In this document: in pieces, positions 11,474 to 24,400 of the stretch | Layout: each line of letters opens with the position of its first letter | Numbering within the stretch: the first letter of the stretch is position 1 | Source of the DNA: Pecten maximus | Taxonomy: Eukaryota | Direction: 5' to 3' | NCBI RefSeq assembly: GCF_902652985.1 | Contig: NC_047024.1 | Coordinates: forward strand, 37,386,001 to 37,450,000 | Length of the DNA: 64,000 bases | Made by a program: the position numbers and the translations under genes | The notes under the pieces: model-generated | Seen by the model: the letters and a program-made list of their open reading frames with translations, nothing else | The model's database searches: none | Told to the model about the DNA's origin: nothing

Positions 11474-12504
11474 ACAACATCAGTATCACAAAAAGAAAAA
11501 AATCACCTACACAGTGTATCATGGATATTGGACAATCAGACATAACACTGATGGAGTTATCTGTTCTGAGGATGAAGTTTTGTGACTTCACACATTTAAT
11601 CTAATATTAAACTAAAGTTGATATTTGAAGTGTAATATTTCTGTCTTTATCATTTCATCTCTGGTTTCTGCAGGATATTTCTCTGCAGTGAAGAATATAC
11701 TTTAGACTAGTGTACAGTCACTGTATGAGAGTTATGGTACGGCCAGACTAATTATGTTAAAATGTTGAACATTTTGTTAAAACATTATGGAGCAAAGTCT
11801 GTAGGAATTTAACAAGGAGTCACAATTCATTCACATTCACACCTGCCATGAAGCCTGATGATTGCATGTACATCACAACTTTACTCCATTCATCCCCAGT
11901 TGTCTTTGATGAACAATCCTTATATAGATAAAAGTGGGGAAATCCCCAAAGAACCAACGTCCATTCCTTATATAGGTGTAGACTCACCAGGTATACAGAT
12001 AGGCAAGAAGATGAACACATCAAAAATATGTAAGTGAACAGACAAACTACATATCACGTTTGCTGTCGCCTGGTATGTCATGATTAGAAAAAAATATATA
12101 CAACATACATCCCATCCCAAAACTCTTTTAATCCTCCATCCAATTATGAAAAAAAAGTTAACTAATACTCTTTAGGTTTTATATGATTAGGGAGGATACT
12201 TTTCCTATGGGAAAGTGGGGGTACAAATCCTATGGCCGGTTTTAGTATCTGGATACAAATCCTGTGGGGATACTTATCTTATATGACACCGGATCTGAAC
12301 CCACAGTGTGGAAAAGATAAATGTACATTTTCAGAGATACACTATTCAGTCGATCAAATTCCTCAATTGAATTTTAACAAGAAAATATTAAACTTCAAGC
12401 ACTTATCACTACATGTAAAAAGCAAAGTTTGACTCCAATAGGTAAAATCAATATTATTAAGTCATTACTGATATCCCCAATTCATTTATTTATGACCTTG
12501 CCTT

Positions 12505-14340
12505 ATCCACCCCCATCCCTACGAAATTAGGGGGGGTATACTGGAATCAGGTTATCCATCCATCCATCCATCCATCGCTCGCTTGCTTACCACTTAATCT
12601 ATATCGGGTTTAACTTCTGACCTGATTGGCTAAATGGTTACAATGAAAATTATTTTTGTGTACAAAACATTGAAATTTAAAACAATATGGTTGTTATAGA
12701 GATGACTTGTAGGTGTAGTATGGCACTGTTAAAACAATGGTGGTGTTTATATTTGGGAAAACAAGCAAAATGGCCGCCATTTCCTGGCCTGTGATTGGTC
12801 GAAATTAGATATTGTCCAATTTTGATGACATTTGGTATATATGTTCACCATTACATGGAACACTGTTTTACCTTTGCAACCGCAGTTTTTCATTTTAAGT
12901 TTACACATTGATTTCAATAAAAATTGGTAGCTAGGGGTATTGGGGGACTGCGAATTCAACTGCATGGGTTTCCTTGCCATAGTAAGCACACGGAGGCTTC
13001 TGATTGGTCGAAAGGAAAATATTGTCCAATTTTGATGAAAATTTGTATATAAGAGTTCGACGATATTGGTTTTAGTAACCACATGGAGGCTTCTGATTGG
13101 TTGAAATTAAGATATTGTTTGACTTCTATGAAAAGGAGGTGGTGCATGGCGGCCCACGGCCGAATCTTATTTTATGCATGATATTATGATAGACTTTAAC
13201 CAAATACATGTCATTTTAGACACCAAAACGAAAATTGGCAAATGCTGTATACGCAGCGCCACCTAACATGATTTATGTAAAAAATGTGTACCCTCCCTTT
13301 TAAATTCAACATATTTCTCGTACAAAAGTACTCGATAACTTTCATATTGCATTGATAGTCTCATGTGATGTTATATTTTATAAAAACATGTCTGTTTAGT
13401 ATGAATTTGTATAATAGAAAGTGTAATTACAGTTTTTTTTAACAAAATTATCAGTAAAAAATTTACCTTCTTGAAATTTTCTTTTATTTGTTTAGTAGAT
13501 AAAACGTAATAATCGTTGGAGTACTATCAAATTTTGCTTTTAAAAAACATGTTTGCATATTAATCTTAATACACAACCAAAAAAAATCATCAAAAATTAC
13601 TGGATAACAAAAGATTTTTGCATACAAAGAAAGGTCATGAAGTAAATTGTATTAAAAAGCCAAGGGTTAAAAAGGAGCACCCTGTCTGACACAAGCAGTA
13701 AAGTCGGATTGCGTTGTTATTTTTGTTGGATTTTTAGCATTTGCCTGTATTTTTCAGTACTTTGATATGTTGTCTAAAATTTGGGGTGTATGCATTTAAC
13801 ATAATAAAATCTTGGCATATCCAGTAATTCACAAAATAAATTTGTTTCATTAAATGTTCATGAATATCCATAGATTATTTCTAACCGGAAATTTTGATAG
13901 TACTCCATTAATAACTTTGTGGTATTAGACTTTAAATGAAAAGTTAAAAACAATGATTTTCACAAAGAAGACATCAAATTAGGCTGAAATTTAATTTTAG
14001 TGTTACAGAGCGTGATGATTCATATACAAAATTAAACCTTAAACAAATGGGGTGAATTTGTTTCACAAATAGGAAATAAAAATGTGTTCTATAATAATTG
14101 GTGGACAAAACATTAGCTTCTTATGCAGTTTGATGGGGAAATAATGAAATCACCCCAAAAAAATATATATACATTGAGGAATGGAAATTAATTCCTCCCA
14201 CATAATGGGGGATATTATGCTTTTGACAGAAATATGTTTCCGGGAAAAAAACTGCCGTGGGCCGATTTAGCCCTCCTATGCACCACCTCCTTTGTTTATA
14301 GGGGTTTTATAGGCTGCAAATTCAATTGCATGGGTTTACA
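12505..14340 (+). mobile_element. HINE-like element interrupted by a TIR element
   Basis: CCCCC...GGGGGGGTATACTGGAATC head, (CCAT)n microsatellite and repeated CTGATTGG core units. The core motif CTGC.AATTCAA.TGCATGGGTTT occurs at ~12948 and again at ~14314, after the insertion. Confidence 0.5.
13132..14293. mobile_element. Non-autonomous DNA transposon with 16-bp TIRs (Kolobok-like termini, tentative)
   Basis: AAAGGAGGTGGTGCAT (13132-13147) / ATGCACCACCTCCTTT (14278-14293); subterminal GGCCCACGGC / GCCGTGGGCC; no ORF. Confidence 0.75.
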
Positions 14341-14554
14341 AAAGAAAAAAAATAAGAATGAACACCAACTACACTACTACTAGTAACTGCAATACCATGG
14401 GTTAGTGTAGCAATCGAAAAGTATTTAAGAAATCGTGATTTGTAGTGAGCCCATTATACCACTTACTCTAGAAATCATTTTTAAGAATAAAAGAAGTATA
14501 AAGACTTTGATAAATCTATCTCATATCCAGCATCGACCGATGCCTAATACAAGG

Positions 14555-14810
14555 GCCGCAAGAGCTGTCGGTTCGTAACCTCTGGTGAAGATCCGAGGTT
14601 TGTGGTTTGATGCTCTTTAACTTTGCCGTTTGTGTCGGGAAGCTAAGAAACGCGCCGGTCTATACCGTTGTGGTTGTTGTCCTTGAGCAAAACACTTTGC
14701 TCTGGATGGCATACGATGGGCCTCACATAAGATAATCATCAGCTACTACAAGGAGACTCCGCCTTAAAATGACACTGGTTGTTTACAGGGGATAAGCAAA
14801 CACCATAAAA
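14555..14810 (+). mobile_element. tRNA-derived SINE with a CORE-like segment
   Basis: B-box-like GGTTCGTAACC, CORE-like GTCCTTGAGCAAAACACTTT, 3' CCTTAAAATGAC.CTGG.TGTT tail; second copy on the minus strand near 4245. Confidence 0.55.
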
Positions 14811-14962
14811 TGGAATCAGGGTAAAATAATGAATGGTAGTCAAAAATATATAAACTTCCTTTTACAGAAACCAAAAATTCCAAGTTAGTATGGTTTCAAG
14901 CTACAATCATTCAACATATCTTGGCAGCAAACAAGGCAGTCCTTTATATTTGAAAACAAGGT

Positions 14963-15238
14963 AATTGGGACCTTTTAGAAACTCCAGACTGCTCCCTGTG
15001 AGGACAGAGAGGAACCCTACAGCACAAGCACAGGGGAGATACACAGCGCCACAACCAAGTCTTAAGGGAGCTGGCAGAAATTACGGAGAAAGAACGGAAG
15101 ATCAAGGTCAGCCCAAACATACACAGATCACGTTCGTGACGGAAGGTGCAACATCAACACCAAGCTCGGGGAGACTGGGAGCTGACTGTAGACCTAGACC
15201 AGAGATTAACTTTTCCGGACATCGTACCAACCAACCTC
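14963..15238 (+). mobile_element. Extra 3'-region fragment of the HERO-like LINE
   Basis: Colinear, with deletions, to 17745-18083 (zinc knuckle through FPDIVPTNL). Confidence 0.85.
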
Positions 15239-18200
15239 TGCGGGAAATTGTGTAAGAACTATACCAGGGAAAAGCCAAATGTAGACCGGAGAAGCAGAAG
15301 GGGGAACGCGCAGTTAATACTTATGAGACGGAAGAGGACCACAGCCAGGAAGACCACCACAGTGCTGAGGACCTCTTACTCACGGAGGCAGATCAAGCTA
15401 ATATTGAGGCAGAACCAGGTAGTCAGAACCCAACTCAAACCAAGAGGCAGTTAGCAACACCAGGAAAGAAGCAGTAAGATGGCCATTTTCTGAGGACAAA
15501 AGATGGGAGGCCTTTGACCACGACCTCGACAAGATCTTACAGAGGACGCTGGTAGGTGACGTGCACAGGAAGGTAACATCGATGTCAACATTAGTGTACG
15601 CAGTTGGACTTGAGCGGTTTAGAGCAAAGGAATGAGGTAGGGCAAAAGAACTAGTAACATCAAATAGACGCCAAAAGGAGATACTCAAACCGCGAACAGA
15701 AATAAGAACAATCACAAGACAATACAAAATAGCGAACGAGGAGGAGAAGATAGGTCTAAAAAAATATAAGAGCTATCCTAAGAGAGAAGAGTAACAACCT
15801 CCAGAGAACAAAGAGAATACGGAAAGCTAGACGAGAAAGGGGGAAAAGAGATCAATGTTTGAAGCAAACCTTTACAGATTTACCAAATCTACACTTGAAG
15901 GATCCAAGTCAGGGACACTGAGGGGTTCAAAAGAAGAAGTTGAGTGTTATCTATCAGAAACACATGGAGATAATCACCAGTGGAGACCGCTAGGGCCATG
16001 TGAAAGGATAGAAGCAGAGCCAGAACCATGGGTACCATTGGACGAAAAGGAACCATCATTGAAGGAAGTTCACGGGGTTGTAAAGAAAGCTAGATCTGGT
16101 ACCCGGGCCCAATGGTATTCCTTATAAGGTCTAAAAGAATTGTCCGGAGATCCTGAAACATCTCTGGAAGCTGCTTAAAATTGTATGAAGGAGAGGAAAG
16201 ATTCCATCGTGTTAGCAGAAGGCTGAGGACTGCTTCGTACCAAAGGAGAACTCAGAGAACATAAAGCAGTTTTGTACCATCTCACTGCTGAATGTAGAAG
16301 GAAAGATATTCTTCTCAGTTCTAGCAAGGAGGTTGACAGCATATATGACAAAGAACCAGTATGTTGTTTCATCGGTGCAAAAATGAGGAATACCCGGATT
16401 CTCGGGATGCATAGAACATACAAGTATCGTAACTCAACTCATCAGGGAACCCAAGGTCAACAAGAAAGACCTAACAATAGTATGGCTGGATCTTGCAAAT
16501 GCATATGGAACCATACCACATATGCTCATACAAGAGTCTTTGGCACATTATCATATACCAGAATAATCCAAAGCTACTTCAGCGGGATACATCTGCGCTT
16601 TACAACCAATACTTTTACAACATCTTGAAGAAGAATTACAGAAGGGTATTGTGACCGGAAGTACTATCTCAATTATCCCCTATGTAATGGGTATGAATAT
16701 GATCATCAAAGCAGGAGAAAGAGAGACAAAAGGTCCAAAGACATCCAGCAACTCCAGGCAGCCACCAAATAGGGGCTTCATGGATGATACTACTGACACC
16801 CATATTCAGGCAAGATGGATACTGACAGCCTTAGAGGAAAGAGTAACTTGGCAAGAATGACCTTCAAACCCAAAAAGTCAAGTTCCCTTTTCATAAAGAA
16901 AGGCATAGTCATACAACAATTTCAACTAAAGATACAGGGGAAGGATATACCATCCATCATTGGAAACCCAATCAAATGCCTGGGAGAGTGGTTTGACGAA
17001 TCACTCGGAGTTAAGGTCAACACCCAAAGAATTGAACAGCAGGTCAGTGAAGGAATGAGGAATATAGGCAAGACAGGCCTTACGGGGAATCTCAAAGCTT
17101 GGATGTATCAGCATAGTCTTCTTCCACGCTTAGCCTGCCTGGCCCTTATGCTCTATGAGACCACAACTGTAGAGAAAATAGAGCGCATAATCAACAGACA
17201 CCTCCGGAAGTGGTTGAGAGTTCCCCAAAGCTTAACTGCAGTAGGCCTATACAGCAGGACAGCAAAACTCCAACTTCCTCTCTCGTCACTAGTTGAAGAG
17301 TTCAAGACAAGTAAGGCAACGCTCATCATGACCTTGAACGAAACAAAGGATGACAAGGTTCGACTAGCCGGCGTGGAAGTACGAACTGGCAGAAAGTGGT
17401 CAGCATCAAGAGCAGTTGATGAGGCTGAGAGCAGGCTGCGACACAAAGACATCGTTGGAACAACTGCAGTAGGAAGACAAGGCTTAGGAACATCTAAAAG
17501 CACTTTCTGGAAAAAAGCTGATGCAGAAGAAAGGCGTAGGATGGCCCAGAAGGAAATAGGAAGTAGTGAGGAACAAAAAAGGCAGACTAAAGCAGTTGAA
17601 CCTTGAGTTTAGGGAGCATGGACTAGGTGGGACACAGACCGCGTGCACTGTCCTGGTCGGAAAATCTGGAAGTACACTCAATTCCTATTGCAGTTTCTCC
17701 TTCGGTCTGTGTATGACGTACTTCCAACACCAGCAAATCTCCATAATTGGAACCTTGTAGAAACACCAGACTGCCCTCTGTGTGGACAGAGAGGTACCCT
17801 TTAGCACATACTTGCCTCTTGTCGCGTGGCTTTAGCACAGGGGAGATACACATGGCACCACAACCAAGTCTTAAGGGAGCTGGTAGACATTATGGAGAAA
17901 GAACGGAAGAGCAAGGGCAGCCAACCAAGGCTCAAACATACACAGATCACATTTGTGAAGGAAGGTGCAACATCAACACCAAGCTCAGAAAACTTCCGGA
18001 ACCCTCATTCAGGCAGGAGACTGGAAGATGACTGCAGACCTGGATCAGAGACTAACTTTTCCGGACATTGTACCAACCAACCTCAGAACGGATATGGTTC
18101 TTTTGTCACCATCGACAAAGAAGATAATTGTTATAGAGCCAATAGTACCATGGGAGGAAAGGTACAGCGAAGCCCACGAAAGGATGAAAGCGAAGTACGA

Positions 18201-18480
18201 AGCATTGCTGGTGGAGTACAGGGAGCGAGGTTAGCAGACGTGAAGCTACCCAGTGGAGGTTGGATGTAGAGACTTCCCCGCACAGTCTGTGTGGGGAATA
18301 CTATCTGCATTGGGAGTACCTGGACAGTACTAAGAGATCAGCAGTGTAGAGGATGGCAAAGGCAGCAGAAAGATATTCATGCTGGTTGTGGATGAAGAAG
18401 GACATCAGTAGCTAGACACCCACCACCGACGCGCCGTGTCTGATCATCACTGTGGACCCCCATCCTGAGAGTGTACCTAG
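15239..18480 (+). mobile_element. Decayed RLE-type non-LTR retrotransposon (HERO/NeSL-like)
   Basis: Motifs across frameshifts: N-terminal CGKLCKN; RT motifs WLDLANAYGTIPH, QKGIVTGSTIS, GFMDD, KCLGEW; CPLCGQRGTLAHILASC zinc knuckle; GRYTWHHNQVL; RLE motifs NLRTDMVL, IEPIVPWEE, YPVEVGCRDF. Many stops and indels. Confidence 0.9.
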
Positions 18481-19226
18481 CTATGGTAGCACACTACAGT
18501 AGGATAGGGCCATGGGCGATTTTTTTGTTAAGCAAATAACTCCTGTATTATGATATGCATAAAAAATGAAAAAAATTAATTGTACACTATAATTGATATA
18601 TTCAGTATGAAGTAGTACATACAGGCTTCACATTCGTTAAAACAAAAAATTAATAAATTGGCTCCGGATTTAAAATTTCCGGATTTTCCGAAATAGTGTT
18701 TACACAGGAAATTTAGTTTTTCGAAAAATGGAAGCCCACCGAAAAGGTAAGATAGCAGGAAAACTTAATTTACAACATATGTCAAAACAAGATTAATTCT
18801 GTCTTTGGGATAGAGATATTGAATTTCAAATAGGTTTCGGAAAATTGTGTAGAGAATTGTGTCATTTTGGGTCAAATATCATAATATTTTGCAATTTTTG
18901 AGCATTTTTTAAGCTGTTACCATGGTACAAGGTGCTTCTCCAGAGATTCGAAATTTGGTTGGATTTACTTTTAATACCACTTAGTTACATTCAGGATACC
19001 TTTCTTTTTAGAATAGTTTAACAACAATGTAGCTGTGCTGATAATGAAATATTAATCATTATTAAACATTATTAAGACTTTGAAATTACCTTAAATCATA
19101 TTTGTCAGCTTTAAGATTCAAAGTGTTATTTTTTTTAAATGTAGTTTTGTATATATATAAAGTCCAAAACTAAAAGTAAATTTGAATAAGACTGGAGAAA
19201 ATGGAAGCCTATTATCATGAATTTGC

Positions 19227-19266
<40 letters not shown>

Positions 19267-20104
19267 CCCTCCTCGCCCCCTTTTAAACAACAATAAATCC
19301 TTTTCACCCGCAAATTGCTTTATACTAAATCTTATCATTAACCCTGCATTTTGAAAGACTCCCATCTATTTTGTCTCAACTCTGCCCTTAGAAGCCAGGC
19401 CTTCCAACCCAACATTGAATCTCGTTCACCCAGTTACTGTGGTTACAGAACGATACAAAGATGTTAGCTTGGCATCCTAATATAAGAAAATTGAGGAATT
19501 CAAAATCATGACAGGGTATTGATAAGTGTGATCAAAACCAACTCTCCACTATAAACTCCAGTTACACCAGAGGACAAAGGAAAACCCAACTAAAAATCAG
19601 TTTAGATAAACCATAGGGGAACACCGCCTGGAAAGCTAAGGTAGGAATGGTCTTCCTAAGTTGGTATGCTGCAAATCAGATACCACATCCAGAGATGAAC
19701 CAAGTCATGGGTCGGAAAGGTAACTTGCCTATATTTTTATACCTGGGCGACAGCTATCCTCAAGTCTTAACAGAAGAAAAGTTTTTTTTAGATTATAAAT
19801 CAGAAGCAGGGTAATATTTCATGGTGTTAACGGTATTCCGAGGTTGGGTTCGATGATGTAACGAACATTTCCTCCCAAACGACAGATGATGCCGACGTAT
19901 ACATATTTCATAGTGACTTCTAATTTCACGTTTCACAAATCCATGGCGGTGTATTTTGAACTGAAATTCTAATGTTATCGTCCTTTGTCATTATACCATA
20001 TCATCGACCTTTAATTATCTGGTATGGGACAACTAAAATGTCGAACAACATAAAATTTTAAAACATAACAGAAATCCCTGGATTTAATGGCAGTGTTCTC
20101 TTTC

Positions 20105-20331
20105 ACCGACATGGCAAGACACCAGAATCGCGATATCACGTTTACCCCAATATATCTAATTAATTTGACTTTTGTCTGTAGTAACTGATCTGGCAAGAAA
20201 CCAGAATCGCGATATCACGTTTACCCCAATATATCTAATTAATTTGACTTTTGTCTCTACCACTGATATGGCAAGAAACCAGAATAGCGATATCACGTTC
20301 ACTTCTATATATCTAATTAAATTGACTTTTG
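20105..20331. repeat. ~80-bp tandem repeat x3
   Basis: TGGCAAGA.ACCAGAATCGCGATATCACGTTTACCCCAATATATCTAATTAATTTGACTTTTGT repeated three times. Confidence 0.9.
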
Positions 20332-21236
20332 TTGTGTTTTTAAAATATCATAGCTGACCAGTGCATTGGAACCAGATACTGTATATAACATTAAACTATG
20401 CTAGTGATATCTTTCGTTAAAGTCACTTCAATCCGGTAGACCAGTATAGGTCTCTTGATTTATCATGTTTGATCCTTTCAGAAACTTTGACCTCCATCTC
20501 GTGTAAAGTACTATTTTTCACTATTTCACGTTCAATGCGATTCAATTGAATTTTGAATCTGTCCGAGTAAAGACGGATACGAAGATGGCGTTTGACACTT
20601 CCAATCGTGTCGATATCTATTTTTAATGAGGCATGCAATCATTGTTGATCGATTATTTATAGGAATATTTCAGCGGACGTGACCCTTCATTTTTATTCAT
20701 TCGTTAGGCTTACCTATTAGATTAAACCATTTCATATAATAAGTATATTTTTTAAAGCGTTAACGGTTTTCACAATCATAACAGGCCCATCAGGTTTTTT
20801 TTTTAAACACACTTAAAATTTATGATTACTTATGTACGGCCAGGAACAAATCCACAGTAAAACGTGATACCTAGAATTTTCCAATAAAATTTGATATAAA
20901 TGTATCATATGTCTGACCACTACCGAAAGAAATGATGTTGCATGGAAAAAAAGAGGAATGGCGTTAATTAGGAGGCTAGTTGTATTGTGATATCAATCAA
21001 TTCTACCCAATAATTCGCCAGAAAAGTTAATTGCGCCAATCAGATGCCAGGATAGTTGTGTGCGCCCCATTCATCCGGATATTCGTCTGTGACATTGTTT
21101 TATTTGTCATAATCGGCAGCAGGTTATTGTTCCCATGTGAACATTCAAATTTTCACATTTTTCTTCTGAATCAGAAAGCGTTCTCACATCACTGAATCAG
21201 AAAGCGTTCTCACATTGCTGCTATTACAAAACAAGC

Positions 21237-21468
21237 ATGTTATACCTAATATTCAAGTGTGCTATTTGTATAATAATCTTCATCTGGAATGTAAATTCAA
21301 GTCAATATGTGAACAAATCGGATGTAGTTTTCCAAACGGGAAGTGGACAAAAGAAGAACAGGGACTTTAACAAGAACACGGAACATTTCGTAAAGTTCGT
21401 TGTTGATAGGAAATATGAAAACAGAGAAAAACGTGTGAAGAGACAAGTACTCAAGGAATGCCCACAAA
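21237..21468 (+). CDS. LGR exon 1: signal peptide plus pro-region ending RVKR
   Basis: aagcATG start, hydrophobic MLYLIFKCAICIIIFIWNVNS, REKRVKR, donor gtaaga at 21469 (phase 1). Confidence 0.7.
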
Positions 21469-24400
21469 GTAAGAGGTTTTTTTATCCTTATTAACCACTT
21501 CAGTAGAATTACAAGCCCAGACTTTTAGAGGTCGCTTAAGACATAGGATCTAAGATATTCAGATGGAAAAAATAAATGTCCAGGTCTCATGGAAACTACG
21601 CAAATAAAAAAAAAAAGAAGATATTATTTAAAATTGTTTTTTTTTTCACTGTCATAATTGTATTTAAGGAGATAATGGCATTTTTCCCGAAAATTCATTA
21701 TCGTTGAGATTATAATTACCTACCAATTATCAAAAGTTTCTTACATTTATTTCTTTACACATTATATACATGTAGTTCAATCAATTAGTATAGGCGATGT
21801 TTTTTAAAAATTAATATCGTAGATCCTACGATGTGTTTCACATTCAACCCACTTTAACATATTTCGTCAATCATTTTCCGTGTGAGCGCATGTTTGTACC
21901 ATGTTTTGAGAATAGAATTATATTTATTTTTGCTTGGTGATGAAATGTTCAGCTTTGAAGTAAAGGTGGTATAATGGTATCAGAAGTTTATGCCCTTAGC
22001 ATGACTAACGAGTCCAAGAATGACGAAACCGAGACAATTTTATGGCGTAGTTTACCTTACGTAAGACTCTACTGTATCTGACTCCCAAATTTTTATTGAA
22101 AGGTTCTAACATCTTGTGTGTGTTTGATATATTCCTTTCAGTGGGGGTATTCAATATGTACCAGGATTAAAACCCAGACATTACTCTCAACCCTCAGGGT
22201 AAGATTCTTAAGTTTTCAAACACTCAGCAAGCCTCGTGTTTGGTAACTTAAGAATCTTCCCCTCGGGTTTATGTCACACGAATATGTCTAATTCCATATG
22301 ATGTCTTAAAATGAATGGACAAGTTACACCTAGAAAGTTATGTCTGATTAACACAGCACTGATATTGACATATTCCGGAAAAAATCCATGGCTATAAGCT
22401 GTAATGCTAAATCTCGTCCATTACATGTCTTTAGATGGTCCGTTTCGCTATATTGTCCTTTTCGCTAATATTTTCATTCTCATAATCAACTACATATACT
22501 CTATTTACAGAGGTAATAGTGTGTTGGCAAGACACCAAGGCATGGTGTTCTTATTTCTTCATCCCGACTCATGAAATTATTTCAACTGATCGAATTTACA
22601 TGGGATTTAAATCGCAAATCATCACGACGTATCTTTTTTACTCGTACAATTGTTTTCGTCTCAAATTATTTACAATTATCGTACTTTGAATTCGTGTATT
22701 AAAAAATCAACATATATCAATTTTAGGGCGTCTTCGTGACATGGAAAATAACTCGTGTCCGCCGGAAACATCTCGCCAACTTGTGAAATACGAATGTTGT
22801 ATTCACTGTCTAGACTCGGAAACAGGAGGCGGCTGCGGTAAGTACTTTGTTCCACTTGTTGGCCTCTGTGTTTTATTTTTTCTCTTCGATGTTTTTTTTC
22901 TCTACTTAACATGCTCTATCTTCTACTAGGCATACACTGTATCTTTTATTAGGCATATGTTTATTTTTTATCCGATATGTGCTGTATCTTCTACCAGACA
23001 TATGCTTTATTATTTAACCTGACATATGTTTTATCTTTTTCCAGACATATGTTTTATCTTTTACAAGCCAATTTTTTTATCATTTACTTGACATATGCTT
23101 TATCTTTTACCAGACATATGCTGTACCTTTTATGTCTTATAAAAGATACAGTATGCTTCATCTTTTACCCGACATATGCTTATCTTCTACTAAACATATG
23201 CTTTATCTTTTACCAGACATATGCTTTATCTGTTACCAGACATATGCTTTATCTTTTACCTGACATATGCTTTATCTTCTACTAGACATATACTTTATCT
23301 TTTACTAGATACATTCTTTATCTTTTACTAGCCAAATGTTTTATCATTTACTTGATATATGATTAATTTTTAACCAGACATGTGCTTTATCTTCTACCAG
23401 ACAAATTCTCTATCCTTTTCTAGACATATGCTGTATCTAGACATGTGTTTGTCGTTTACTCGATATATATGCTGTATTTTTTGATTGACATATGTTGTAT
23501 CGTTTACTTGATATATGCTGTATCTTTTACTCGCAATATGTTGTAGCGTTGACATAAGGTTATGCTTCACCTGACATATGCTGTATCTTGTACTCGACAT
23601 ATGCTGTATTATTAACTTGACACACGCTGTATCTTTCACTCGACATACATTTTGTATGCGGTATCTTTTACTAAGTGCTATTCATTGAAACACATGTTAA
23701 TTCATTCTATAGGGTTTCTTATTTCTGTTGGCGACATGTGTAGTGTTGTTGAATTAAGTATATATCATTAAGGTATATCTAAATTATCTTTTTACAGAAC
23801 CGTACGACTGTACAGCGATCCACGCCTGCTCTTCTGTACAGGAGCCACTTCTGGATGTAAACAAAGACGACTCGTTGTTCAATGGACTTACAAAAGTTAA
23901 CTATCTCAACTTAACTTACAAAAACATTACCGTTCTCCCCGACAACGTGTTCTACGGGCTGTCTGATCTGGCCTCATGCTCTCTATCCTTGAACCGGATA
24001 CGTGTTCTCCCCCACAACGTCTTCAGTGGACTGTCCAAACTGACTTACCTTGATCTATCAGGCAATATCATACAAGATTTACCCCACAACGTCTTCAGTG
24101 GGCTGTCTAAACTGTCTTACCTTGATTTATCATTCAATACCATACACAATTTACCCCACAACGTCTTCAGTGGACTGTCTAATCTTGCTTACCTTGATTT
24201 ATCATTCAATACCATACAAGATTTACCCCACAACGTATTCCATGGGCTGTCTAATCTGACTTACCTGAATCTGTCCAACAACAACATAGGAGATTTTCCC
24301 CACGACATTTTCAATGGACTATATGATCTTACTCATCTCATCCTAGGAGACAATGAGATCGCGGTTCTCCCGTTCGATATTTTCAATGGTCTGTCTAACC

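Noticed and set aside
22977-23639. Hydrophobic ORFs 22977-23285 and 23394-23639
   Set aside because: They lie within a degenerate ~23-bp intronic tandem repeat.
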